A DNA stretch of 64,000 nt from Candidatus Sungiibacteriota bacterium (GTDB lineage Bacteria > Patescibacteriota > Minisyncoccia > Sungbacterales > SURF-37), in the NCBI GenBank assembly GCA_016203665.1, contig JACQMJ010000008.1:19150-83149 (forward strand), read 5' to 3'. Under the pieces are notes generated by a model, which saw only the letters and a program-made list of their open reading frames with translations, did not search any database and had not been told where the DNA came from. Of this stretch, positions 36,219 through 46,800 are shown in pieces (within the stretch, counting starts at the first letter, position 1; every line of letters starts with the position of its first letter). Both the position numbers and the translations under genes were made by a program.

Positions 36219-37346
36219 TAAATTCATAATAGTGTGAAACGCCGCGCGATACCGTTCGAGGTATTCTTGCCATGTTAGCGGCGACAAGACCAGGACTTCC
36301 GCCCGCGCCCGCTCGGCCATCGCCTGCATGGCCGGGTAGTTCCGGCGCGCATCGGCGAGCGCTTGGGCGAGCGCCCGGCTGTCTCCCACCGGCACCACGC
36401 GGCCGGTCTCGCCGTCCCGGATAATCTCTCCGGCCACGCCAACGTCGGTCATGACGACCGGCGCGCCCGCGGCCGCCGCTTCAATAACGGTCCGGCCATA
36501 GCCTTCAAAAGCCGAGGTTAATAGGTAAAGGTCGGCAGTTTTGTAGTACGAAACGAGATCATCCTGCCACCCTTCCAGCCATACGCCTCCCGTCAACGCG
36601 AGATTCTGAATTTGAGATTCTATACTCCGCCGCTCCGGCCCCTCGCCAACGATGACGAGTCCCGCGCGGGGAAATTCGCGGCGAAATTCAGCAAAGGCCT
36701 CGAGCGCAACGTCGATGCGTTTGTCGCGATTCAGGCGTGATACCATGAGCACGATGAAGTCAAAATCGGGGTAGCGCTCGCGGCGCGAGATGGTTGGCCG
36801 GGTGCTCGCAATCGCCTCGCGGTCGACGAAAATCGGAAGGGTAACGACCTTCGCCGCGGGAATGCCGAATACGGATGCAAGCGAATGGGCAAGACGTGCA
36901 GAGACCACGCGGAACGCATCGCCGCGGGGTATGGTAAACCGGCTAATCCCATAGCGGAGCCTATCCTTCCACGAATTATGGCGAAAGTACGGACTCAAAA
37001 CATCGGCATGGAGCTGGATGTGCAGCGGCACGCCGGTAGAGCGCTTGATGAGCCAGCCGGCAAGCCCGGATTCGGCCGGATCCTGCACGCTTACCGCGTC
37101 AATCCCCCGCTCCCTGACAATGGTCTTACCGATCCGGACGGCGTCAAACGGCCGTCGAAAAAAGAAGCGGGAATTGGTCGGATAGAGCCGCGCGCCGGAC
37201 TGAAGCGCCTCGACCCGGAATCCCGGCGCCGTATAGATAACGATATGCAGTTCATCGAACAGGCGGCCGTAGGCCTCAATGCGGCTACGGGCATCCGAAT
37301 CCGGACGAAAGATGGTTGTATCGGTGCCGATAATCAGAAGTTTCAT
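36213..37346 (-). CDS. GT4 (GT-B) glycosyltransferase
   Basis: GT4 signature: EGYGRTVIEAAAAGAPVVMTDVGVAGEI. The start is at ATG 37346 (MKLLIIGTD), which overlaps the upstream stop. Confidence 0.7.
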   Translation of the reverse strand: MKLLIIGTDTTIFRPDSDARSRIEAYGRLFDELHIVIYTAPGFRVEALQSGARLYPTNSRFFFRRPFDAVRIGKTIVRERGIDAVSVQDPAESGLAGWLIKRSTGVPLHIQLHADVLSPYFRHNSWKDRLRYGISRFTIPRGDAFRVVSARLAHSLASVFGIPAAKVVTLPIFVDREAIASTRPTISRRERYPDFDFIVLMVSRLNRDKRIDVALEAFAEFRREFPRAGLVIVGEGPERRSIESQIQNLALTGGVWLEGWQDDLVSYYKTADLYLLTSAFEGYGRTVIEAAAAGAPVVMTDVGVAGEIIRDGETGRVVPVGDSRALAQALADARRNYPAMQAMAERARAEVLVLSPLTWQEYLERYRAAFHTIMNLH

Positions 37347-39601
37347 AGTGAATCCCGGATTACTTTCAGCCAATCCCCCGCGACATCATCCCACGAACGG
37401 CCGCCCCTGAACTCGCGAAGACGCTCGCAATAGGCCGCGTATGAGGGCGAATCCATGAGTATCCTCAACTTTGCGGCGATGTCCGCCTCATCCAGCGGGT
37501 CGACGAAGATGCCGATATCTTTCAGCGCTTCATAAAAACCTGTCTCCTTAGTGAGGAGAAATGGCGTACCGGTCTCGATACAGTCGAGAATCACGTTGGG
37601 ACTAACGTCCGAGAGCGAAGGGAGGAGAACGGCGTGAGCTGAAGCGATGGCCGCGCCAACTTCAGCTGTAGGGAGGGCCGGCCGGATGCGGATGCGATCG
37701 GCGGCGCCGGAGGCGCGAATTTCCGCTTTGAGTGCGGTCCGCTGCGGCCCCGCGCCGATGAGAAGAAGCCGCCAGGGCGGCGGGCAGGCCGCGGCGAACG
37801 CTCGGATGAGCCGCGGCAGATTCTTCACGCCGACGAACCGGCCGGCGAACACGAATGCCCGGTTGCGCTCGCTGCTACGGCGCTCTGGCCCGGGATAGGG
37901 CGGTCTGATGAGCGCCGCCTGTTCTGGGCGCAGGGAATATCCGGCTTGGAAAATATCATTCCGCCACCGGGATGAGAATACGATGCGCTTCGCCCGCGGA
38001 AATACCCGCTGGCTCATGCGCTGCCACGCCCGTTCCCGCGGGCTCAACGAAAGGCGCGCCAGGGCCCCGTAAAACTGCTTCAGCGTAAATTCCCTGCCGG
38101 TGCGCTCGACATAGCGCTCCCACAGGGCATCACCCTCGACGCGAATGATGAACGGCTTGCCACTCATGCGGCAGGCCACAGCAAGGGGACGCCCGACCGC
38201 GACCGGATCGAGCGCGATGGCGATATCAGCATCGCCGAGCATTCGCCATGCGGCAAAACCGTACCGGAATAGCCGAACGGGCAGGGGTGCGGAGAGCGGC
38301 ACGTATGTTTGCACGATGCCGGTACCGGGCGCCGTGCTCATCCGGCTGCCGTAGCTCAAAATAGATACGCGATGGCCGCGCCCGAAAAATTTATCGGCCA
38401 GCTTCAACGCATACGCGCCGGGGCCGCCGATGTCCGGCGGCAGCATGGGGGTCGCGATCAAAATGCGCGGGAGCATTGCGTCGCGGAACGCCTCTTTGTA
38501 GCCGGCGGCGATGGCATCCCAGGAGAATCGCTCGCGAACCATGGCCCGGCCGGCATCGGCGATCCGCCGGCTCAACGGCACATCACGGAGAAGCCGAAGC
38601 GTTTTTTCGGCCACATCGGCGGGGTCGTCCACTCTCGCAAACAGGCCGGTCCTGCCATCCTCGATGATATCGAGGATGCCCTCGACCGGCGTCCCCACGA
38701 TCGGCAGACCCGCGGCGAGCGCTTCGACAAAGGCGTTGCCCATACCCTCGGAGCGCGCCGGCCGCACGAAAACATCAGCTGCGGCTAGATACCGCGGGAG
38801 ATCAGCATACGGCACACTGCCCAAAAACGTGACCGCTGGCCCAACGCCGAGCCTCCGGGCCAGCTCCTCCAGGCGCGGCCGCTCCGGCCCGCTGCCGAGG
38901 ATATGGCAGTACACATCGGGGACGGATTTCCGTATTTGGGCGACGGCGCGGATGAGAATATCCACGCCGTTCTTCGGCACGAGCCGCGATACCGTTATAA
39001 TCATTGGCCCGTTTTCGCGTTTTTTTTCTCGCGGCACGGCAGAAAATGCATCAATGGAAACGCCATTATGGAACAATGCCACCGGACGGCGGTAGCCGAA
39101 ATGCGCCGCCTCTCCCGCGAGGTACTTTGATATCGCCGTCACCGCATCGGCGCGGCCGAGCATCCAGCGCAATGAAAGTCCAATGACGCCCAGGCGCCCG
39201 CGCCGGAGCCGGCGGCCGCCGTAACCGTATTGAATAGTAAGGATAAAGCGCGCGCCCGGCGAGAATACTTTTGCGATGGCCGCACCAAGGGCTCCGGCCG
39301 ATACATCCATGCCCCAGAGAATAGTGCCAGGCTCATCGCGTTCACGACGAACGGCAAACGGAATTAAAAGCGGTAAAATCCACTTATCAAATGGCGTGCC
39401 CCATCCGATGCGGATGATGGTTCCTTCCGGCCGCGCTTCCCGCTTGGGCAGATCCGAACGCAGACGCGCGGTAACAATGAAAAAACTAAATTCATCCGTA
39501 ATACGCCGGCTTACTTCTTGGATGGCTATTTCTGCACCGCCGACAAACGGATAGTAAGCGGTGGTGCATGCAAAAATGGCGGGTTTGCGGCCTGCCTCCA
39601 T
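37343..39601 (-). CDS. tandem two-domain GT4 glycosyltransferase (fusion of two GT-B modules)
   Basis: Two complete GT4-like units are present. The first has EGMGNAFVEALAAGLPIVGTPVEG. The second starts around aa 380 and has ...LPSLSDVSPNVILDCIETGTPFL. Confidence 0.65.
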   Translation of the reverse strand: MEAGRKPAIFACTTAYYPFVGGAEIAIQEVSRRITDEFSFFIVTARLRSDLPKREARPEGTIIRIGWGTPFDKWILPLLIPFAVRRERDEPGTILWGMDVSAGALGAAIAKVFSPGARFILTIQYGYGGRRLRRGRLGVIGLSLRWMLGRADAVTAISKYLAGEAAHFGYRRPVALFHNGVSIDAFSAVPREKKRENGPMIITVSRLVPKNGVDILIRAVAQIRKSVPDVYCHILGSGPERPRLEELARRLGVGPAVTFLGSVPYADLPRYLAAADVFVRPARSEGMGNAFVEALAAGLPIVGTPVEGILDIIEDGRTGLFARVDDPADVAEKTLRLLRDVPLSRRIADAGRAMVRERFSWDAIAAGYKEAFRDAMLPRILIATPMLPPDIGGPGAYALKLADKFFGRGHRVSILSYGSRMSTAPGTGIVQTYVPLSAPLPVRLFRYGFAAWRMLGDADIAIALDPVAVGRPLAVACRMSGKPFIIRVEGDALWERYVERTGREFTLKQFYGALARLSLSPRERAWQRMSQRVFPRAKRIVFSSRWRNDIFQAGYSLRPEQAALIRPPYPGPERRSSERNRAFVFAGRFVGVKNLPRLIRAFAAACPPPWRLLLIGAGPQRTALKAEIRASGAADRIRIRPALPTAEVGAAIASAHAVLLPSLSDVSPNVILDCIETGTPFLLTKETGFYEALKDIGIFVDPLDEADIAAKLRILMDSPSYAAYCERLREFRGGRSWDDVAGDWLKVIRDSL

Positions 39602-39619
39602 ATATTCCGTAATACCCCA

Positions 39620-41218
39620 TCAAAACGCCTTCCGCTTCAAAACGACCATACCGGCGGCAGTCAGGAGGCCTAGAACGACGCTTGCGCCGAGAAACGCGTA
39701 TGGCTTAACGCCGGCAGAGCCAATCAGGGCTGATTGCTCCGTTTTACGAGCTATGGTCGGAGGAGGAGCCGGCGGCAAGGAAGATCCCACAGGCGCTTGC
39801 GGCTCGACAGGCGGTCCGCCCGGCGGTGGTTGGGGCTTTGGCGAGGCGGGAAGCGAAGGACTCGCGACTGATACTCGCGGCGTGACCGCGCTCGCTCCGG
39901 GCGATGAGGGCGGAAGCTTGCCTGGGGTGGGATTAGACTGCGGCCTGAATTCATAGCCATCGCGCTCCCATGATACGCCTGGAGGAAGCATTCCGGAAAA
40001 CCGGGCCGCATCCAGAGTGACACCCCGCGCATCACGGAGATCCACGTATGTCGTCGGGACGATGTGCGTATTGAGCGCAGGCAGTACAACGGTGCTTTTG
40101 GAGCCGACCACAGTATCCTGAGGAATACGGAATACTGCGCGGCGATCATCGGTTAGAAACATGCCGCCGACGTCCACGCGGGCGGCCGATGCATTGGTGA
40201 GCTCAATGAATCCATTCTCGCCCGGCTGGACCTCGCTGATGGATATTTCCGCCGGCAGCACGCTGACCGTCCGCCAGTCCGAGCCGGCGTAGTGGCCGGA
40301 CTGTACAAGGAGGTTCACGTAGTACGTGCCGGGAAAATGGAAAATGTGCGTCGGAGATTGCTTCTCCTGCGTGGAGCCGTCGCCGAAGTTCCAGAAGTAA
40401 CGCGTGGCATCAAGCGGCTTGCCGTCAAGCCCAAAGGCCAGGCCGTTGAACTGGATAATGGCGCCGGCAATGGCCAGCGCATCCGGCCCGGCATCCGCCC
40501 CAAGCGAAGGCGCCGGAGGCGGCGCGGGTGGTGGTGCAGGAACGGGCGCGGGTTCGGATGCCGGAGGCGTGCCTTCCGGCGCGGCAGGCGGCGGTGGCGG
40601 GATACTGCCGCTGCCGACCGCATTGGCGCTCCCCAAAGACGGTGAGGCGAACGCCTGCCACGAGGCCGCACTGCCGCGAACGCCGTCGGCAGTAAGTCCG
40701 ATGGAACTCCCCTCCGAGAAACCGGAAATGTCGAAATACGTTCCCGCAGCCCAAAGCCCGGCCTCGACGGCAGTTGATTCCCAGGTCTTCTTCTCCGAGC
40801 TCCCCGGCTTATGATAGCGCACAAAGTCCACGATAGTGTCCTTTGTCCGGCCGCCGAAGCGGAAGAGCGCGACGGAACCGGAGGAATTGCCCATGTTCAA
40901 ACTTGCCGCGGAATGATAAAGATTTGCCGCATCATTCGTGCCGCTCGTCCGGAGGTGGATCGTCACGAATGATTGCGCGGCAAGCGAGAACCCGACCGGA
41001 AACGGGAAATACCCGATACCGTCAGGGTAAAGTTCCCAGCCGCCCATATCCGCGGCCGTGGCATCGGGGTTATAGATTTCTATTTTTTCCAATCCGGTAT
41101 CCGTTCCGGAAGGGTCAAAGAGGATCTCGTTGATGACGACGGATGCAGATACAAAATTCGTCAGAAAGATGCTATTCCCTAGAACGGCCAACATCCAATA
41201 CGCAAATTCTCTTCGCAT
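39620..41218 (-). CDS. secreted cell-surface protein: 2x lamin-tail (LTD) domains + PKD domain + Pro-rich linkers + C-terminal TM anchor
   Basis: Signal/TM region MLAVLGNSIFLTNFVSA. LTD-like segments are VVINEILFDPSGTD...KIEIYNP and ISISEVQPGENGFIELTN. The PKD motif is RYFWNFGDGSTQ...GTYYVNLLV. Pro-rich segments include PAPVPAPPPAPPPAP. The C-terminus is a hydrophobic helix followed by KRKAF. Confidence 0.6.
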   Translation of the reverse strand: MRREFAYWMLAVLGNSIFLTNFVSASVVINEILFDPSGTDTGLEKIEIYNPDATAADMGGWELYPDGIGYFPFPVGFSLAAQSFVTIHLRTSGTNDAANLYHSAASLNMGNSSGSVALFRFGGRTKDTIVDFVRYHKPGSSEKKTWESTAVEAGLWAAGTYFDISGFSEGSSIGLTADGVRGSAASWQAFASPSLGSANAVGSGSIPPPPPAAPEGTPPASEPAPVPAPPPAPPPAPSLGADAGPDALAIAGAIIQFNGLAFGLDGKPLDATRYFWNFGDGSTQEKQSPTHIFHFPGTYYVNLLVQSGHYAGSDWRTVSVLPAEISISEVQPGENGFIELTNASAARVDVGGMFLTDDRRAVFRIPQDTVVGSKSTVVLPALNTHIVPTTYVDLRDARGVTLDAARFSGMLPPGVSWERDGYEFRPQSNPTPGKLPPSSPGASAVTPRVSVASPSLPASPKPQPPPGGPPVEPQAPVGSSLPPAPPPTIARKTEQSALIGSAGVKPYAFLGASVVLGLLTAAGMVVLKRKAF

Positions 41219-41301
41219 GGAATCGCCTCCATCATACTACGCGACCCCCATGGGAACTATTTGATTGCCGCTCCTGTTGCCCAAGGAGTATACTCTACGG
41301 T

Positions 41302-42576
41302 ATGAAATGCCGAACATTGCTTGCTATAGCTACCGCCTTCACCTGGTTTTCGACGCCGCTCGCCTACGCCGCCGATACCGCGGCGCTCATCCGCGAAATA
41401 GAGGCGCAGATTGCAGTACTGCAGCAGCAGCTGGCTATACTCGTCGCAGAACAGCAGTCTCCTGCCGCTGCGACGGCAAGTCAGTTCACGAAAACGCTAC
41501 GGCGCGGCAATCGGAGCGCCGAAGTCACACGGCTCCAGGAATTTCTCGCCAAGACGCCGGAATTCTATCCGGAAGGCCTGGTAACCGGATTTTTCGGCCC
41601 CGCGACCGAACGCGCAGTCAAGCGCTTCCAACAAACGTACGCCATCCCAGCGATCGGTATTGTCGGTCCGCAAACGCGCGCCAAATTAAATGAGCTCCTG
41701 ATCGCCCCTTCAGCGCCGCCTGCCCCGAGCCGAGCCGAAGAGGCGCCCGCGCCAACACCGGCGCCTGAACCGGCCCCTCAACCCGCTCCGACTCCGGAGC
41801 CCCCTCCCGCGCCCGCACCGACGCCCCCTCCATCGCCTGCGCCGACTCCCCCGTCAACGCCCGTCTACACCCCAACACCCGGCGAACTCGGCCAGCCGGC
41901 CATCTCCGCGTTAGTTTGGGGAACAGATTACATGAATGTGCAATTTGCACACGATCCCTCGAGCTACACCCGCTCCTACACCATCCTCCGGAGGAAACCG
42001 GGCGAAACAGCAGACACCGCCCTCGGCACTTTTGCCCTCATTCCCGCCGGCAGCAGTACCGCTACCACTTCCGACGGTATGACGTTCCACCGCTTGAGTA
42101 TAAACGCCTGGGAGTGGCGCCAGACGCTTGATCTTGCGAGCCAGCCGACCGGCGACTACGTCTTCGCGGTAAAAGCCCTTGGCGACGGCGGCGCGGAAGG
42201 GTTCCCCTCCCCTGGCCGGATCGCAACACTCCACCCCAAGGCCGAATTTGAAGAGCTCCTGGAGGGCGCGCCGCTCCGGACCGTTTTCTCAAACACCATC
42301 ACGCGCTTCCCCATCACCATGCGGATCAAAAATTTCTACACCGCCCTCTACTACCACTACGAGCTCTGGGACGGTGCCACACGCGTCTGGGACAGCGCCT
42401 ACCTCAATACCACCACAAGTTCAAAAATTGAGGCGGCGTTCCAGAACACGAACGGCTACCCCTTTGTAGCCGGGAAGACGTACCGCTTGAGCGTAAACGT
42501 ATTCGACAATAACACCGGCGCTGATTCGACCACGAAACAGCCGACAAGCGAACTCACCTTCACCTACCAGCCGTAA
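41302..42576 (+). CDS. secreted protein with coiled-coil segment, peptidoglycan-binding domain (PG_binding_1-like), Pro-rich linker and C-terminal beta-rich domain
   Basis: The start was taken at the internal ATG 41302 (MKCRTLLAIATAFTWFSTPLAYA, a signal peptide). A heptad-like segment (IAVLQQQLAILVAEQQ) is followed by the PG-binding motif LRRGNRSAEVTRLQEFLA...GFFGPATERAVKRFQQ. The giant protein has the same N-terminal architecture. Confidence 0.6.
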   Translation: MKCRTLLAIATAFTWFSTPLAYAADTAALIREIEAQIAVLQQQLAILVAEQQSPAAATASQFTKTLRRGNRSAEVTRLQEFLAKTPEFYPEGLVTGFFGPATERAVKRFQQTYAIPAIGIVGPQTRAKLNELLIAPSAPPAPSRAEEAPAPTPAPEPAPQPAPTPEPPPAPAPTPPPSPAPTPPSTPVYTPTPGELGQPAISALVWGTDYMNVQFAHDPSSYTRSYTILRRKPGETADTALGTFALIPAGSSTATTSDGMTFHRLSINAWEWRQTLDLASQPTGDYVFAVKALGDGGAEGFPSPGRIATLHPKAEFEELLEGAPLRTVFSNTITRFPITMRIKNFYTALYYHYELWDGATRVWDSAYLNTTTSSKIEAAFQNTNGYPFVAGKTYRLSVNVFDNNTGADSTTKQPTSELTFTYQP

Positions 42577-42632
42577 GCCGGTCGCCCAAGCACCTCAAAA
42601 CGCCCCCGATGGGGCGTTTTGAGGTGCTTGGA

Positions 42633-43457
42633 TCACGGATTTTGCGCCTTCAGCCGATTCACTTCGGCGGCAATAACGGCGCGCTGTTGGGCGCTCATCG
42701 CGGCGCTCGCGCCTGTCTGAACACCAAGCACCTTTTCATAATACTCAATCGCACGGGCGACCTTGCCCATCGTCTCGGAAAGTGCCGCGTAGGAAATCAT
42801 GAGGTTTATTTCATTCGGTATCTTCATTAGACCCTGCTCGAGCACCCGTTCGGCCGCCGGCAGATCTCCCATAACCTCGCGGTAAAAATCAGCGAAGCTG
42901 CTGTAGTACGCAGAGTTCATCGGATCGCGCTGGAGGGCCGCCTCGTACTTCGCGATGGCCTTTGCCGGCTCTTTCAGGTAGTAGCCGTAAAGGCCGGCGA
43001 GATTAAAGAACGACAATCCATCGCCTTCGGCAATGCGGTTCACGTACTCGTAGGCTTCGGCCGCGCCGGCGTAATCGCCGTAGAAGCGTTTAATGTAGGC
43101 CACCCGCATCCAGCCATCCGCATCACGGGGGTTGGCCGCGAGCGACACGGCGAGCTCGGCAAGCTCTTGGCGCGATCGCTCGTAGGTGTTGGCCGGCACC
43201 TGCTTTAAAATGTCGGGGCTGGGGTTTAAATTCTGTACCGGGATGCCGGTATAAGCAGGCGCCGTGCCCCCCAAAGCTTGCGGCGGAGGCGTGGGTTCAG
43301 CCGACGGAGTTGCCGGGGGCGGCAATATACCGGCAGTTTCGGATGGAACACGGAAGTATTGCTGCCAGGCAATCGCTCCGCCAATAGCGGCGAGGATAAA
43401 AAACGCGCTTACACCAATAAGAATATTGCGATGCTGGTAGAAAAGTGTTGCAAACAT
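42633..43457 (-). CDS. membrane-anchored TPR-repeat protein
   Basis: The start was taken at the internal ATG 43457 (MFATLFYQHRNILIGVSAFFILAAIGG, a TM anchor). This is followed by a Pro-rich spacer and TPR-like repeats (...AYIKRFYGDYAGAAEAYEY..., ...AKAIAKYEAALQRDPMNSAYY...). Confidence 0.55.
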   Translation of the reverse strand: MFATLFYQHRNILIGVSAFFILAAIGGAIAWQQYFRVPSETAGILPPPATPSAEPTPPPQALGGTAPAYTGIPVQNLNPSPDILKQVPANTYERSRQELAELAVSLAANPRDADGWMRVAYIKRFYGDYAGAAEAYEYVNRIAEGDGLSFFNLAGLYGYYLKEPAKAIAKYEAALQRDPMNSAYYSSFADFYREVMGDLPAAERVLEQGLMKIPNEINLMISYAALSETMGKVARAIEYYEKVLGVQTGASAAMSAQQRAVIAAEVNRLKAQNP

Positions 43458-43828
43458 AGAAATCTGCGGGCTCACGCCCGCGGTACTCCCTCGCGGGAGT
43501 ACCCGTCCTTTTGCCAAATCGCTGGTGTTTCGCTTCGCGAAACGCTTTGGCAAAAGTCCTGAATTTATATATTCCCCTCCGTCCCGCCTTCGGCGGGACT
43601 CCGGGCTGGCATTCATCCGCCGGCTCACGCCGGCGGTTTTCTGCCAGTGAATATAAAGGCCAGTATACACCGCAGAAAATTTGCACACAAGGTGACTGAT
43701 AATTTGTAGTTCACTATAAGCGGCAAAAGCGCCGCAAGGCGCTTTTGCCAATGGAAATGGAAAAGAAACCAGCCCCCTTTGAGAGGGGGCTGGAATCCGA
43801 GTCCTACAAGGATAGACTCTTTAGACCT

Positions 43829-46800
43829 TTACAGACTGAGGGTAATGGACTGCGCGCCGCCGGAGGGCAGGCCCGGTACGACGAAGCCGTTGTACCAGTC
43901 CGGACCCATGATGCCGTTGCCCGAGCCGGAGTGCGTGGTCGTGGAGTTGCCCGACCAGATGAAGTCGTCACCCGGATTGGTGTCGTCGGCGTTCACGCCC
44001 GTCGCTCCAACGTTCCTGGCCTGTACACCCGAGTCGCCGTCATCCGCGAAGGGCGCAGTGGTGGCATAGGTGTAGACGCGCGACCCCACGAGGAAGCCGG
44101 CGTCGCTGCAGTCGGTAGTTCCCGAGCAGAGCGAGCCGATCCATGTGTTATCGCCCATCATCTGCACCGTGGCGGAATCACCGGCGTCGGCACCAGTTAC
44201 GTCCCCGCGGAGCTCGAAGTAGTAGGTCGAGCCGGCCGGGACATTGATGGCCTCGCGGGAGTTGGCGCCGGTTGAGGACGGAGTCGCCGGGTTGAAGTAG
44301 ATCGCTTTGTCGGTCGTGGTGGCGCGATCGTTCTCAACGCCGTCGTTGTTGCCGTCGGAACTGAAGAACGTTGAGCCGTTGTTCAGCTGGCCGTCGGCGG
44401 AGTAGGCGCCGCCCGAGAAGTTAGAACCGGTGAAGGCGAAGAGGCGGAGGTTGGTGATGACGACATCCGTATTAGACTGATCATCACCGCTCGTCGCGAT
44501 GGAGAAGGTGAACTTGAAGAGCGAAACGCCGTTCCCGCCGGCGGTCGAGGTGACCGAGAAGCGGTAGAGCACCTTCTGGGCCTGATCAGCCAAGCTCGTT
44601 GAAGGCACGGACAGAACCGAGATCGTCGGGTAGCCCCGCACGATCCGGGTACCGGCGGATGCCGTGTCGGAGTCGCTCCGCGAGGCATAGACATTGGTCG
44701 AGGACTGCGCGCCGATCGCATAGGTTGCGGAGTTGGAGTTGTCCGCGGACGCGTCGCGATCCCAGTCCACCGTGACAAGGTGGCCGGGGCGCGCCGCCTG
44801 GTTCACGCCGATCGCACCGATCACGCCCTTCACCGTCAGGAGCTTGTCACCGTCCTTAGGGATGGTGAAGCTCGAGAGGGTTGCGGTGGCGTTGTCGAGC
44901 GACGTCAGGACGGCCTCGCCAACCTTGGTCGAACCGTCCCAGAGCGTGATGGAGGAGAGGTCCTGCGGGGTGTTAGAGGCGATATTCGAGAGCTGGAGCC
45001 CAATCTGCTTCAGGTCGAGGTCCTCGTTCGTGCCGGTAATACGGAGCACGGCCAGCACCACCTCCTGGCCGGACTGAGCCAGGCGGACTGCCGGACTCGA
45101 ACCGTCGAGGGAAACCGAGAGCGTGCCGCCGGACTTGATCGTCATCTTGTTGTTGTTGTCCGTGGAGTTGGCGTTGGAGCCGTTGTTCAGGGTCGGGGTG
45201 ACCGTGTTCCCCGAGGTAAGGCCCGTCGCGCCGTAGGAAGCGCCGATGTTGATCTTCCACTCGATCGTGTCATCAGCCGTGGAGTTCGCCGGGACGTCGC
45301 ACTTGAGATCAACCGTCTTCAGCGTGCCCTTCGGGATAATGAGGTTCTTGTCGAGCGTGAAGGTCTTCTGGCCGTCGGACGTCGGGTTCTGAACGTTCGT
45401 GCCGGTGTTCAAGGCGGTCGTACCGTCGAAGAGCTGGCAGTTGGTCGGCTCGGAGGAGCCGGTATCAGTCTCAAGCGCAAACTGCGCCGAGGTGAACCGG
45501 ACGTCCTCGCCCGAGGAGGTGCCGTCGAAGAGGATCTTCGCGAAGGTGAAGCCGGTGACGCCGGCGACGACGTTCTGATTCGTCGGCGTGTTCGAAAGGC
45601 TGATCGAAGAGGTCGCCGTCTTGACGGTGAAAGAGTTACCGGTCACCGCCGTGGTCGGCGTCGGCGTGATGCTGTTTCCGGACACCGCGCCGGTCGCGGT
45701 CCAGCCGTTCGGGGTGGTCGAAGCCGAGACCAGGGTGTCGGAATCGAAGTCGGTGGAGAGCTTGCCCTTCAACAGGTAGGCGCGCTTCCCGATCGGGAAG
45801 GTTACCGAGTCGGTGAAGGTGAAGATCATCTCGGCGTCGGTCGTACCCGAGCCGTCAAGCGGCCCGGCGACTACCTTGCCGGTGGTGTTGTCATAAAGGG
45901 CCACCTGCGAGAAGTCGACCTCGGTTACCGAGGAGTCGTTCCTATTGGCCGAAACGCGGATGATCATGCTCGTGACATTCACATCCTCGCCCTTGACCTC
46001 AACATCGAAGGCACCCAAGGGCTGGTCGTTCAGGTTGACCGCGATGTTCTGCGCCGGGATGGCCGTGGATTTGGTCACCGAGAGCGAGCCCGAACCGATC
46101 GTGGCCTCGAAGGCGTCCCACACCGGGTTCGTCGCCTGGAAGGTGCCGTCGTCGTCGGTTGAGGAGTCACCCGAGTCAGTGGCCGACGGCGTCAAGCCGT
46201 AGCCGAACTGATTGCCGACCACGTAGAGGTCGGTGTAGCGGTACATATCGAAGTCAACGCCGCGGTTGGTTCCGGATTCAATGTCGCCCTTCACGTAAAA
46301 CTCCTTGGTGTTGCCCTTGGTGATGGTGACACCGTCGCCGAAGTTCGCGGTGTAGTACTTGCCGTCCGCGGAGATCGTTACCGCATAGTCCGTGCCGTCG
46401 AAGTTCACCTTGATGTTCTTCAGGTCAGTGGTGGCAGCCGAACCGGACTGGTTCAGGCTCACCCACTTGGCCTTGACGTCCTCGGCCGAGCCGGCGGTGA
46501 TACGCATACCGGTGAAGGTGTAGCCGGTCGTGCCGATCTCTTTCGTCGCGCCGCTGCCGGGATCGTTCACGCCTTTGGTGAGCGTCACCGTGCCGATGGT
46601 GAGGGAGGAATTCATCGTGATCGGACTGCCGACAATGGGCAGGGAACCGTTCACGACGGTCGCTCCGGCGTCAACGGCCACGACAGCGAGCTTCACGATG
46701 TCGCCGCCGTCAGAGGCGGACGAGGGACGATTAAGGCCTATAGTCAGGGTGCGCGACGTGCCGGCCTTGATGGTGATGGGCTCGTTCAGGATCGCCTGGT

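Noticed and set aside
39620-41218. LPXTG/sortase or PEP-CTERM sorting signal at the C-terminus of the LTD/PKD protein
   Set aside because: The C-terminus has a TM helix plus a basic tail, but no LPXTG, PEP or other recognisable sorting motif precedes it. It is called only as a generic C-terminal anchor.
44780-46162. 460-aa plus-strand ORF inside the giant-protein region
   Set aside because: It is antisense to the 1235-aa surface-protein gene. Its composition (R/G/V/D-rich) is a mirror of the Thr/Ser/Gly codons on the coding strand.
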